Positions 54,267 through 63,812 of a DNA stretch of 64,000 nt are shown one piece after another. A program made the position numbers and the translations under genes. The stretch's first letter is position 1, and every line of letters begins with the position of its first letter. Source of the stretch: Thermoplasmatota archaeon (GTDB taxonomy: Archaea; Thermoplasmatota; E2; DHVEG-1); assembly GCA_030619765.1 (NCBI GenBank), contig JAUXAU010000006.1:766-64765 (forward strand), in the 5' to 3' direction. The notes beneath the pieces were generated by a model that saw only the letters and a program-made list of their open reading frames with translations, did not search any database and was not told the DNA's origin.

Positions 54267-57200
54267 TCATAACATCAATTTCTTAGTATAACTATGAACA
54301 TTGAAATGCTGCGAATGAGGATATGGTTGGTTCACTGGTGTAGCAAGCGATACATCTATTGTGCAGAAGTCACTGCTGTTCTCTTTGTTGATTATCTTCA
54401 CTTCTCCTGTGAAATCTGAATTTGGTTCATATGGTGCTATGACAGTAACTTCTACGGTAACTGGGTTGTTAGGTAAGAGGTCATCACCGCTAGACGGTGT
54501 GAATGTCCAGGTACCCCAGTTTGGATAGTCCTCTATCTCCCAATCAAGTAGTGAACTGGGATCTCCAATATTTTCAACCGTGAAGTAGCCTGTGACAGTT
54601 CCTCCTGGTGGGACACCTGTCCAACTAAGACTACCATAGCAATCTAAATCAGGCATTGGTGCTTCTTCTGTTGTGAAACTCCAAGTTGGTCCCTCTGTGG
54701 ACGCACCGTGATTATCCCAGGCAACAATTTTCCAGAAATAGGTTAATTGATAATCAAGGATGCCTGGGGCATATAATGTGTCTGATTGATTACTGGAGAC
54801 TTTAGGTAGAGGTGACATACTGCCAAAGTAAACATCATAGGTAACTATATCTCCTGGGTCAGGGTCGCCACCAGTCCAGTTAAGTACAACATTGATAGAA
54901 ACATTTATTGCACCATCAGGAGGTGATGGGTTGCTTGGTGTATATGGCGGTTGGTTTATTATCTCAAATGTATAATCGGCAGAGATATTGTGATTGCCAC
55001 TGGTATCATTCGCCCAAAGGTGATAGGTATAAACTCCGATCTGATTGTATGTCTTGTTACAATAATACGTGTCACCTGTCTTGTTTTGTGTTATGGAGAA
55101 ATTCTCGATAGTACCTCGCTTAGAAACAAAATTCTTTGTGTCTCCTTGCTTTGATTTGATATATCCAATGATGCTATCTGGATACTCAATATAGAGAGAA
55201 ACTTCATCCGCCTCAACATTGTCAACAACAGAGGCAGAAATGTTGACATATCCACCGGGAATTTGAGTAGAAGGTATTGCCTGTACATTCGATATTCCAG
55301 GAGGAATTAAATCTACAAGAGCAATATTCTTGGAAATGGTATCATTCTTTCCATCATTATCTGTTACTATCAATGTCACATTAAATGTGCCATAGTCAAC
55401 ATAAGTATGGTTGAGAATTATACCTGCTCCGCTGGTGTTATCTCCGAAATAAAATGTATATTGAGTGATATATCCATCAGGATCATAGGATACTGAACCA
55501 TTAAATTGTACCGTTAAATTGTTTACCGAATATGTGAAATTAGCAATCGGATGGAAATATCCAAGTGGGTACAAATCCTGACTACTGCCACCAGTTATAT
55601 TGTAAGGTATATCACCTATTCCATCGCCATCTGCATCTGTACCATTGTAGTCATCCCAATAGTTCCCTTCTTGGAGTGTAGCATTGTACCAGGTGTTTGT
55701 GCCTTCATCATAGGCGTTCTGTACGTTGTTAATAAAGTTGTTGAGGTAGAGCAGATTGTTGTCGTTGTGAAGCCAGATGCGGATACCATTATCATTGTTC
55801 GAGATTGTGTTACCAGTGAGGGTATTACCGGAGGTCGCGATCAATATGCCATTCCCATTGTTCGATGCAATGGTGTTGTTAGTGATGATACCGGAGCCAT
55901 CGAGGTATATGCCATCCCCGTTGTTCGAAATGTTATTATTTGTAATAACGATGTTGGAACCATCGAGGTATATGCCATCCCCGTTGTTCGAAATATTGTT
56001 TCCTTTGAAGGTGTTTCTGTTTGAAGACCAGGTGTTTAAGCCATCATAGCTGTTTGAGTTTATATCGTTTTTAGAGATGACATTGTCACTAGAAGTTTCA
56101 AGGTACATGCCATTGCCATTTGAGGCGATAGTATTGTTAAAGATGACATTGTTATACGCAGATTCTAAATTTAAGCCATCTCCACCATTGTTAGAGATAA
56201 TATTGCCAGTGATGTTGTTGTGAAAGAACATCCATCCCCCTATACCAATTACATCGTTCTCTGAGATATTGTTTCCAGAGAAAATACTATAATGGGCTTC
56301 AAAGAAGCCTATTCCATACTTGTTATTCGTAATGTTGTTGCCTTTAATGGTACTGTCATAGGATTCATCGATTTCTATTCCACTCCAGTTGTTCGCTTTG
56401 ATGTTGTTACCAAAGATGATGTTGCTATTAGAATCGACGAGGTATATTCCACCACTGTTGTTCGAGATAGTATTGCCATAGATACTGTTGTAATCTGAAC
56501 TTATATAAACCCCAGCATCGTCATAATCGCTTCCACTATTTTGTATAGTGAAACCACTAATGTACACCCAATCAGCAGACAAATAAACAACACCTCCACT
56601 TCCGTTACCATCAATAATTGTATTGTTTCTATCTTCACCAATGAGATTAATTGTTTTATTCACAACTACATTCTCATAATATGTGCCATTGAAGACATAT
56701 ACAGTACTTCTTGTAACAGCATCTATACCATCCTGAATTCTATCAAAATGATTATACTGCCAACCAGGTGTAGTACCAGTATAATCATCATCAACGAAAA
56801 CGGTATCTAGTGGCGGAACTGGTGATGTGCCATTCCATAGATTCATAAATGGATTCAAGTCCTGATTATCTCCACCAGATATGTTGTATGGAGTATCTCC
56901 AATGCCATCAGAGCCATTTATGTCTTGATTCGGTCCATAAAAGTAGTCAACTCCTGTATAATCATCAAAATAATTACCACCAGATGGATAGCCATTATCC
57001 CAAGTATTGTTACACTCATCATATGCGTTCTGTGTGTTGTTGATTAAGTTATTGTGATAAATTGAATTGTTGTTGGAATAATAATTGGAATAATTTTTAA
57101 GGTATATGCCATAATTCCCATTATTCGAGATGGTGTTGCCTGTAATGGTGTTGTTGCTAGAACACCAGAAGTCTATGCCATTATCACTGTTCAGGGTGAT

Positions 57201-58649
57201 TATGTTACCAGAAAGGATGTTATTGCTGGAATAACTGATTTGTATGCCATGGCCGTTGGTCAGGGTGATATTATTGCCAATGATGGTGTTGCTATTGGAA
57301 TCCTCAAGTTCTATGCAACTATAGTTGTTTGAGGTGATAGTGTTGCCAGTGATGACATTGTAGTGGGAAACATCAAAATATAAACCATGCAAGTTGTTCG
57401 AGATATAGTTGCCTGAGATGGTGTTGCTGTTGCTGAAAGCCCAGATGCGTATGCTAAAATCGTTGTTCGAGATGTTGTTGTTAGAGAGGATGTTATTGCT
57501 GGAATAATCGAGCTCTATGCCACCTCCGTTGTTTGAAATGATGTTGTTGCCCGTGATAGTGTTGCCGCTGGAATAATCGATGTATATGCTTTCCCAATGG
57601 TTGTTTGAGAAATTGTTACCCGAGATGGTGTTGTTGCTACTGAAAGGATAGAGCCATATGCCATAATTATTGTTCGAGGTGAAATTGTTACCAGTGATTT
57701 TGTTGTTGTTGGAATAATCTAATCTTATGCCATCCCGGTTATTTGAGATGGTGTTGTCAAAGATGGAATTGAAGTTTGACTCTACATAGATTCCTGCATC
57801 ATGATTTAAATAGCTGCTTCCACTATCTCTAATTGTAAACCCGCAAATATTCACCCAATCAGCATCATAATCGATAAAAACTACATCTCCACTTTCAGAA
57901 CCATCAATAATCGTAGTATTTCTATCTTCACCAATGAGATTAATTGTTTTATTCACAACTACATTCTCATAATATGTACCATTGTAAACATATATCGTGC
58001 CACTTTCATTAACAGCATCTATACCATCCTGTATGTTATCAAAATGAGTTATATTCCAACCTGGAGTAGAACTATTGAAATCATCATCTACCCAAACGAA
58101 TGTCATAACTGTTACACTTCCATCATTCACAGTAATAGAAACATATCCTGTTTCGTTAGTCACACCTACATCATAAAGATCTAAAATTGAGTTGCCAAGA
58201 ACCGGTGTGGCAGTAAATGAAATAGTAGCAAATGTTCCTGGATCAGAAACATTCCCTGGACCAATAATTAAACCATAGACATCAACTATATTACCGGTAG
58301 TGTTATTTATGGTACCAGGATTAAAAGAAGTGTTATAACCATCAAAGATATTTCCCTCAATTACCGAGTTTGCTTGAAGAAGCAAAGGATCAAACGCCAA
58401 TTTCAACTCAAACGATTTAATCGGTTGACTAGGAACACAATAGACATCAACGGTAAATGTCTCTCCAGGAGAAACGGTTTGACTTGGAGGATCAATACTG
58501 ACAGTAGTTGTATCCTTTACTCCCTCAGCTAAGAGAACACCTGTAATAGCAGTCCCTAGTATCATACATACTACTATTATTCCTATCTCTTTTTTTATTT
58601 TGGCGCCTCCCTTTAACTTTACTTTTATAATCCTATAGACGCACCACAT
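54267..58649 (-). CDS. giant surface protein: cohesin-like domain, three parallel-beta-helix (PbH1/NosD-like) blocks, a PKD domain, an Ig-like domain, an FN3-like domain and a C-terminal CARDB/BACON-like domain
   Basis: The cohesin-like N-domain reads VSIDPPSQTVSPGETFTVDVY...LKLAFDPLLLQA. Dozens of 22-23-aa coils (NNxISGNxIxxNxxGIxL) follow. The NosD-like ends read QNAYDEGTNTWYN...DADGDGIGDIPYNITGGSSQDLYPL. The PKD motif reads FYFGDNTSG...NHTYVDYGTFNVTLIVTDNDG. The FN3-like motif reads PSNPSPPDGAINVS...TYDVYFG...YFWKIVAWDNHG. An alternative start at ATA 58598 lies behind a GGGAGG RBS. Confidence 0.85.
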   Translation of the reverse strand: MWCVYRIIKVKLKGGAKIKKEIGIIVVCMILGTAITGVLLAEGVKDTTTVSIDPPSQTVSPGETFTVDVYCVPSQPIKSFELKLAFDPLLLQANSVIEGNIFDGYNTSFNPGTINNTTGNIVDVYGLIIGPGNVSDPGTFATISFTATPVLGNSILDLYDVGVTNETGYVSITVNDGSVTVMTFVWVDDDFNSSTPGWNITHFDNIQDGIDAVNESGTIYVYNGTYYENVVVNKTINLIGEDRNTTIIDGSESGDVVFIDYDADWVNICGFTIRDSGSSYLNHDAGIYVESNFNSIFDNTISNNRDGIRLDYSNNNKITGNNFTSNNNYGIWLYPFSSNNTISGNNFSNNHWESIYIDYSSGNTITGNNIISNNGGGIELDYSSNNILSNNNISNNDFSIRIWAFSNSNTISGNYISNNLHGLYFDVSHYNVITGNTITSNNYSCIELEDSNSNTIIGNNITLTNGHGIQISYSSNNILSGNIITLNSDNGIDFWCSSNNTITGNTISNNGNYGIYLKNYSNYYSNNNSIYHNNLINNTQNAYDECNNTWDNGYPSGGNYFDDYTGVDYFYGPNQDINGSDGIGDTPYNISGGDNQDLNPFMNLWNGTSPVPPLDTVFVDDDYTGTTPGWQYNHFDRIQDGIDAVTRSTVYVFNGTYYENVVVNKTINLIGEDRNNTIIDGNGSGGVVYLSADWVYISGFTIQNSGSDYDDAGVYISSDYNSIYGNTISNNSGGIYLVDSNSNIIFGNNIKANNWSGIEIDESYDSTIKGNNITNNKYGIGFFEAHYSIFSGNNISENDVIGIGGWMFFHNNITGNIISNNGGDGLNLESAYNNVIFNNTIASNGNGMYLETSSDNVISKNDINSNSYDGLNTWSSNRNTFKGNNISNNGDGIYLDGSNIVITNNNISNNGDGIYLDGSGIITNNTIASNNGNGILIATSGNTLTGNTISNNDNGIRIWLHNDNNLLYLNNFINNVQNAYDEGTNTWYNATLQEGNYWDDYNGTDADGDGIGDIPYNITGGSSQDLYPLGYFHPIANFTYSVNNLTVQFNGSVSYDPDGYITQYTFYFGDNTSGAGIILNHTYVDYGTFNVTLIVTDNDGKNDTISKNIALVDLIPPGISNVQAIPSTQIPGGYVNISASVVDNVEADEVSLYIEYPDSIIGYIKSKQGDTKNFVSKRGTIENFSITQNKTGDTYYCNKTYNQIGVYTYHLWANDTSGNHNISADYTFEIINQPPYTPSNPSPPDGAINVSINVVLNWTGGDPDPGDIVTYDVYFGSMSPLPKVSSNQSDTLYAPGILDYQLTYFWKIVAWDNHGASTEGPTWSFTTEEAPMPDLDCYGSLSWTGVPPGGTVTGYFTVENIGDPSSLLDWEIEDYPNWGTWTFTPSSGDDLLPNNPVTVEVTVIAPYEPNSDFTGEVKIINKENSSDFCTIDVSLATPVNQPYPHSQHFNVHSYTKKLML

Positions 58650-60457
58650 AGTGCAAATATAAAGTTTGCTCCAATGAATCCAAAATAATCCTTTGATATT
58701 GTTATTAGCTCTCCAGAGGTATAAGCATTAAAAGTGAACGGGAAGAACGTTATGCACCTTATGTTCACCGCTTCAAATGTAATATACTGTCCTAGGGTAT
58801 TGAGGTTGGTGATTCTGCCAAAGATGAAGGTGGATACAAACTCAACTGGCACGTCTTTTACTAGTATTTGTTTAATATCGCCAGTATATCTCTCCTTGGT
58901 TACGATAATATCATAGTAAGTATCTGCTCCAACCTGTGGTGCAGTAAACTGTACCATTCCATTCATATCTGTAAGTTTTATTTCATCGTTAAACTCGACT
59001 ATTGCATTTGGTATTACTTTGCCTCCCATTGATTTAATTGTAACATTGAATACAGTTCCTTCGTCTACTTGTGAAGGTGCAGAAATATTCAATATATAGT
59101 ACAGTTCAAAATGATGCATCAACGGGTACAAATCCTGATTACTGCCACCAGATATGTTGTATGGAGTATCTCCTATGCCATCGCCATCATCATCCACTCC
59201 TGTGTAGTCATCCCAGAAGTTGCCTTCTAGCAATGTTGAATTATACCATGTATTACTACCTTCATCATAGGCATTCTGCGTGTTGTTGATTAAGTTGTTA
59301 TGATAGATAAGGTTGTTATTGCTGGAATCATAGAGGTATATGCCCTCATTATTGTTCGTGATGTTGTTTCCAGAGACAATGTTGTTGTTGCATTCCCAAC
59401 TGAAGATTATACCGTTATGGTTGTTCGAGGTGATGGTGTTGCCAGAGAAGACGTTATTTTCGGAATCATGAAGGTATATACCATCCTTGTTGTTTCTGCA
59501 GCTATTGTTAATAAAACTGTCACCATGTGCCATGTCGACATTGATTCCATTTCCATTATTGTTATTACAGGTATTATTTTCAATAATATTTTGATTAGCC
59601 ATCGAATATGATTTCTTACACAAATTACAACGATTGATACCATTCCCGCCATTTTCATTACAGATATTGTTAGTTATAGTGTTAAAAGCACAGTAGTCTG
59701 CAAGATGAATGCCATCTTCGCTGTTTCCAATAAAAGTGTTATTGCTTATGATATTATATTCACTCTCCTCAACGTCGATTCCTTGACCATTGTTTCCACT
59801 GATAATATTATTTTTTATGACATTGTAGCTACTGTACCAGTGGAATATGCCTGTTCCATTACTGCAGTTATTACTGGTAATGAAATTATTGCTGCTACCC
59901 CAAATTTCTATGTAATCACAGTTATTGTCTGTAATTTTATTGTTACTGCTCCCATCTAAGTAGATGGAACTAAAAGTATTGTTGGAAATTATATGATTAC
60001 CAGATTCTTCTATGAGAATGTTGCTACAATCGTTGTTATTAATTCTCAAATTAAAAATATTGAATAAATAAATACCATATCCTCCACCATTTTGAATAGT
60101 AAAGTCACTAACATTCACCCAGTCAGCAGTAACAGAAACAACATCTCCACTTCCACCACCATCTATAATAGTAGTATTTTTATTCTCTCCAATTAGATTG
60201 ATGGTCTTATTTACAACTATATTCTCAAAATATGTTCCATTGTAAACAAAAACTGTATCTCCATTACTCGCATTATTTATTGCAGCTTGAATTGTTGTAT
60301 AATTCCCTGGACCTAAACCTCCGACATATAAGGTATTACCATCGTAGAATGTCGCCCTAGTGGATTTATTATCTACTACTGTGCCAGTTGAAGGTATAAC
60401 ACTCATTCCAATAAACAAGAGAATAACACTAACTGTTAGGGATTTCTTAACAATCAT
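58625..60457 (-). CDS. secreted parallel-beta-helix (PbH1/NosD-like) protein with a C-terminal beta-sandwich domain
   Basis: The signal-anchor reads MIVKKSLTVSVILLFIGMSVIPS. The entry block reads VFVYNGTYFENIVVNKTINLIGENKNTTIIDGGGSGDVV. Beta-helix coils follow, and the NosD-like end reads QNAYDEGSNTWYN...DDDGDGIGDTPYNISGGSNQDLYPL. Confidence 0.8.
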   Translation of the reverse strand: MIVKKSLTVSVILLFIGMSVIPSTGTVVDNKSTRATFYDGNTLYVGGLGPGNYTTIQAAINNASNGDTVFVYNGTYFENIVVNKTINLIGENKNTTIIDGGGSGDVVSVTADWVNVSDFTIQNGGGYGIYLFNIFNLRINNNDCSNILIEESGNHIISNNTFSSIYLDGSSNNKITDNNCDYIEIWGSSNNFITSNNCSNGTGIFHWYSSYNVIKNNIISGNNGQGIDVEESEYNIISNNTFIGNSEDGIHLADYCAFNTITNNICNENGGNGINRCNLCKKSYSMANQNIIENNTCNNNNGNGINVDMAHGDSFINNSCRNNKDGIYLHDSENNVFSGNTITSNNHNGIIFSWECNNNIVSGNNITNNNEGIYLYDSSNNNLIYHNNLINNTQNAYDEGSNTWYNSTLLEGNFWDDYTGVDDDGDGIGDTPYNISGGSNQDLYPLMHHFELYYILNISAPSQVDEGTVFNVTIKSMGGKVIPNAIVEFNDEIKLTDMNGMVQFTAPQVGADTYYDIIVTKERYTGDIKQILVKDVPVEFVSTFIFGRITNLNTLGQYITFEAVNIRCITFFPFTFNAYTSGELITISKDYFGFIGANFIFALCGASIGL

Positions 60458-60474
60458 TTCATACGCCTCATGGG

Positions 60475-61314
60475 TTAAAGGCACTTTGGTAGCCAGATAA
60501 TTGGTCCTATGAAAAGTCCTCTCGTTATACTTGTAACTTCTTCTGCGTTTGAAGCATTCAATGTAATAATTATCTTAGGAAAACCAAGTACAAAAATAAA
60601 ACCAACACTTGATATCCGCTCTGATTCATTTACTGGAAGAATCGGTATCGTGCCATTCCAATAAGGAAGTGGAATAATTGGAGGGTCTCTCATTATGATA
60701 TATATGTCGATTGTAATACTCCAGTTAACATTTATGGCATCCATATCTCCTACATTTTTTATATCAAACCAAAGTTTACCAAAATACCAAGGTCGATAAT
60801 CTATCTCGAATTCAGGTTTAGGAGAATATTCACCTATTGTTATTATTACAGGGGCACCATGAATTTCAGGGTGACCAATGCCTTCAACCATCCATCCATC
60901 AATATGGTAGACCCCTTTCGGTACTTGGTTTCCAGAAATGTCAACCTGATTCCAGTAGTCATTAAGCAATTCTACGGTCTCACCACTTGGTATTGTTATA
61001 GGTGTAATCATTGCTGCAAAAGCCTTATCATATGACCATAGATATAGATAATGGTCAACCGAGAAATCAGCTAATTGAGTATCTGGAAACACTAATGTCA
61101 CATCTTCATATCCATTATTAGTAACATTAATAGTTACTTCCACTGGTTCACTAATATCATACTTATTCTTATCAGTAGTCACTGCGACCACTAAGTCATC
61201 TGTATATGCGGTGTCAGATGGTAAATCATTGCTAACAATATGGGGCATAGTGGCTAACAATAAGAGGAAAATCGTTCCAACTACTAACTCTTTCTTGAGC
61301 AGGTTTACTTTCAT
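60475..61314 (-). CDS. secreted protein with a C-terminal CARDB-like domain (first gene of the surface-protein operon)
   Basis: An RBS GGGAGGT and the signal peptide MKVNLLKKELVVGTIFLLLLATM are present. The C-terminal block FDIKNVGDMDAINVNWSITID...GFPKIIITLNA is shared with CDS 2931..4004 and CDS 4263..6626. Confidence 0.6.
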   Translation of the reverse strand: MKVNLLKKELVVGTIFLLLLATMPHIVSNDLPSDTAYTDDLVVAVTTDKNKYDISEPVEVTINVTNNGYEDVTLVFPDTQLADFSVDHYLYLWSYDKAFAAMITPITIPSGETVELLNDYWNQVDISGNQVPKGVYHIDGWMVEGIGHPEIHGAPVIITIGEYSPKPEFEIDYRPWYFGKLWFDIKNVGDMDAINVNWSITIDIYIIMRDPPIIPLPYWNGTIPILPVNESERISSVGFIFVLGFPKIIITLNASNAEEVTSITRGLFIGPIIWLPKCL

Positions 61315-61364
61315 GCTTTACCTCCCTTCATTATTCTCATAGACGACATAATATATAAATGCTA

Positions 61365-62763
61365 CCTTCTAGCCAGTATCTCCGCAAGTAAAATAAGAAT
61401 TATATTCCCACCTCCATTCAAGAGAGATTGGGATGCTCTCTATGAGGATGGAAAGTGGGAACAACAACGCAATACTCAACAAGATAAATAAACTTGCCTT
61501 AACACTTCTGGCAAGTTCAATATCTTTTATCATCGGAAAGAATGCATCGTACAACGCAATAGACATCATGAAAATAGTTGTCTATGCCTCCATAAGAAAA
61601 CTTTCCATTGAAGGTTCCTCTGAAGAGTTAATAACGCTATCCAAAGGAAAATATTGTTCTCCAGATGTTGTCCAAAGAAGAATCCATCAAAAATCAGGGA
61701 TAGAGATTGTGAAGGCTTTTGACCAAGCCACACAACACATCTGCAGCATTCTGAGGAAAATGAGACTTCTTTTTAGGAGGGTTACTATCGCTATTGATTA
61801 CACTGATAAACCCTATTATGGAGATAGTAACGACCCAGGAGTTATTAGGACAAGACATCAACGTGGTACTAATTATTGCTTCAGATACATCACATTGAGT
61901 GTTGTCATCGGAGATGCAAAGATTACCTTAAAAGCTCTACCGGTGAATCCTTTATCAGACAAAACCAAACTGGTAGACAGACTGCTTACTGAAGCAAAGA
62001 GGATGCACATACGAATTAATCTGGTATTATTGGATAGAAGTTTCTTCACTCAACAGGTTGTTAAAATTATGGATAAACACCATCTTAGATTTTTGTTCCC
62101 AGTTATCAAAAACAAACTGGTGAAAAAAATGATCGCAGATGCACATAAATCTAATAACTACGTCCACAAGTACAAGTTTACAAAAGGGAAAAAGCCAACT
62201 GCTTCGTTCACTATTTTCTTCATGCTGGACCCAGATTCTAGTGAGCGGCAAATCTGGAAACGCTATCATGTTTATGGTACAAACCTCCCAGTTACCAATA
62301 ACAATAGATACGTTTTTGCGGAGATTTACAGAAAACGGTGGAACATAGAAACAAGCTTCAGGGTTGAGAAACAAGAGTTTCTGGCACAGACGTCATCGAA
62401 ATCGTACAGATTCAGGTTATTCCTTTTTCTTGTGGCAGTAATCCTTTATAACCTTTGGATTGTGACAAGGATTGCACTTGGTGAGGCCTTCTATGTAAGA
62501 AGATGGAAGATCTCTATGTACCTCATGATATATTCCTTATCAAGTAGATTATTCCATAGAATGGAATTGTCAACAGAAGACGTCTCTGATTTCTAACACA
62601 ACTGGATTAGCGATAGCTATGTAAAAATTTCCTTATTTTCACTTGAAAACAGGAAATTCAGTTAATAATTTCATAATTTAAACTTATGTTAATTTTTTGA
62701 TCTTGAAAATGATATTCTGATTGATTTCTCCCCTTAACAGTTGCGGAAGTACTGCTAGCAGGG
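61365..62763 (+). mobile_element. IS4-family insertion sequence (about 1.4 kb) with imperfect terminal inverted repeats
   Basis: The left end CCTTCTAGCCAGTATCTCCGCAA (61365..61387) matches the reverse complement of the right end 62741..62763, CCCTGCTAGCAGTACTTCCGCAA. About 19 of 23 positions agree with one gap. The element encloses a DDE transposase ORF. I could not see a target-site duplication. Confidence 0.55.
61433..62596 (+). CDS. IS4-family DDE transposase
   Basis: The DDE candidates are IAIDYTDKPYYG, LVLLDRSFF and NIETSFRVEK. The signature Y-x2-R-x3-E-x6-K is readable as YRKRWNIETSFRVEK. Confidence 0.8.
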   Translation: MLSMRMESGNNNAILNKINKLALTLLASSISFIIGKNASYNAIDIMKIVVYASIRKLSIEGSSEELITLSKGKYCSPDVVQRRIHQKSGIEIVKAFDQATQHICSILRKMRLLFRRVTIAIDYTDKPYYGDSNDPGVIRTRHQRGTNYCFRYITLSVVIGDAKITLKALPVNPLSDKTKLVDRLLTEAKRMHIRINLVLLDRSFFTQQVVKIMDKHHLRFLFPVIKNKLVKKMIADAHKSNNYVHKYKFTKGKKPTASFTIFFMLDPDSSERQIWKRYHVYGTNLPVTNNNRYVFAEIYRKRWNIETSFRVEKQEFLAQTSSKSYRFRLFLFLVAVILYNLWIVTRIALGEAFYVRRWKISMYLMIYSLSSRLFHRMELSTEDVSDF

Positions 62764-62795
62764 ATAAACAAATATATCAGTTCTGCATTATTAAT

Positions 62796-63568
62796 ATGAA
62801 GAGGGGGAAAGTTATGGTAGGAAATAACCTCATTCAGAAAGGTTTAGCAATTGCTGTTATTCTATTATTTATAGGTCTAGCCTTTGCACCATCTATTAAT
62901 GCCAACGTCACAACAAAACATTAGTAGATTTAACACAGAATAAGGAAACACCAAAAGTGGAAGACATGGCTCCTAAGGAGCATCTTTTTGAGACAATTAT
63001 TGAGATTGCGAATAATTCAGATATCAAAAAGTTATCCGTCCAATATACTAAAAATCTATTCACAATTTATTTTGACAAGAAGGTTGAGTTAAAACAGTTA
63101 TTTTTTAAGAATTTTCGAATTCTCTTCCAATTATTATTTGCAAAACCATCATTGACTTGTGATTATCTGGAATCAATTTATGATAAGGGGACCAAACTTG
63201 CTAGTCTATTTAGTCAAGATGATGTAGCCGAGATGATGGAATCTTTATCTATTACTAATCCAGAAGTATTAGATAAATCAATTTACATTATTAAAAACAA
63301 TGAATCACTATCCAAAAAGATATCAACATTTAAAGAGTTGAATAAGTATATAAAACCTAATCAACGCCCTTGGAATTTTACAATTATTTGTACTATTTTA
63401 GCAATAATCACTTTACCTTTGGTTATCGGTATGATGGCATATATGGTTGCATTTATATTCCCTTCATTAGCATCTTTCTACGCTTATATACTTTTTATTT
63501 TATTATTTCCTATAATGATAATTCTTCTTCCTTTTGCAATTATCGCAGAATTATTAGGTTGTTGGTAG
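62796..63568 (+). pseudogene. secreted/membrane protein gene split by a frameshift: a signal-peptide ORF (62796..62924) and a body ORF (frame open from 62900, track ORF 62957..63568)
   Basis: The first ORF reads MKRGKVMVGNNLIQKGLAIAVILLFIGLAFAPSINA followed by NVTTKH-stop. The +2 frame is open from 62900 (…NKTLVDLTQNKETPKVEDMAPKEH…) and ends in a multi-TM C-terminus. The two frames overlap across the a/c-rich run caacaaaaca (62911..62920). Confidence 0.4.
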
Positions 63569-63753
63569 TTTTAAATTACGATACAGATTCTTCTGGCTAA
63601 AAACCAAATTGGCAGTAAATTAAAAAGATAAGAAGCCAAGCTCCCTTCTCAACCCTTTTGAGAAAGGATGTAAACGCCGTTGTACCAGTAGATAATTGTG
63701 GCTGAATATTAATAATCTAAAAATCCTTATAGAATTACCAAATTCTTTCAGGG

Positions 63754-63812
63754 TAGATAGGTGTTTAAAGTTACTTTAAGCAGTTGATGTCAAGTGGCTT
63801 GACACCTATCTA
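63754..63812 (+). other. compact nested inverted-repeat element with three potential helices, followed by a T-rich tract; possible small structured RNA or terminator
   Basis: The outer pair is TAGATAGGTGT (63754..63764) / ACACCTATCTA (63802..63812). The inner hairpins are TTAAAG-tta-CTTTAA (63765..63779) and GTCAAG-tgg-CTTGAC (63789..63803). The tract ttttatttt follows. Confidence 0.3.

Noticed and set aside
55551-56810. Several 60-160-aa plus-strand ORFs inside the giant adhesin gene, with similar ones at 54908..55154, 56849..57043, 58734..59959
   Set aside because: They lie antisense to strongly supported beta-helix coding sequence. The periodic repeat structure suppresses stop codons on the opposite strand. 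They have no RBS and no recognisable motifs.
61369-61569. 66-aa minus-strand ORF at the left end of the IS
   Set aside because: It lies across the IS terminal repeat and antisense to the transposase 5' end, with no supporting features.
61385-62645. An alternative inner inverted-repeat pair (CAAGTAAAATAAG / CTTATTTTCACTTG) as the IS termini
   Set aside because: It is shorter and AT-rich, so it is expected by chance more often. It would also leave almost no room upstream of the transposase ORF. I preferred the outer 23-bp pair but kept this one as a caveat.
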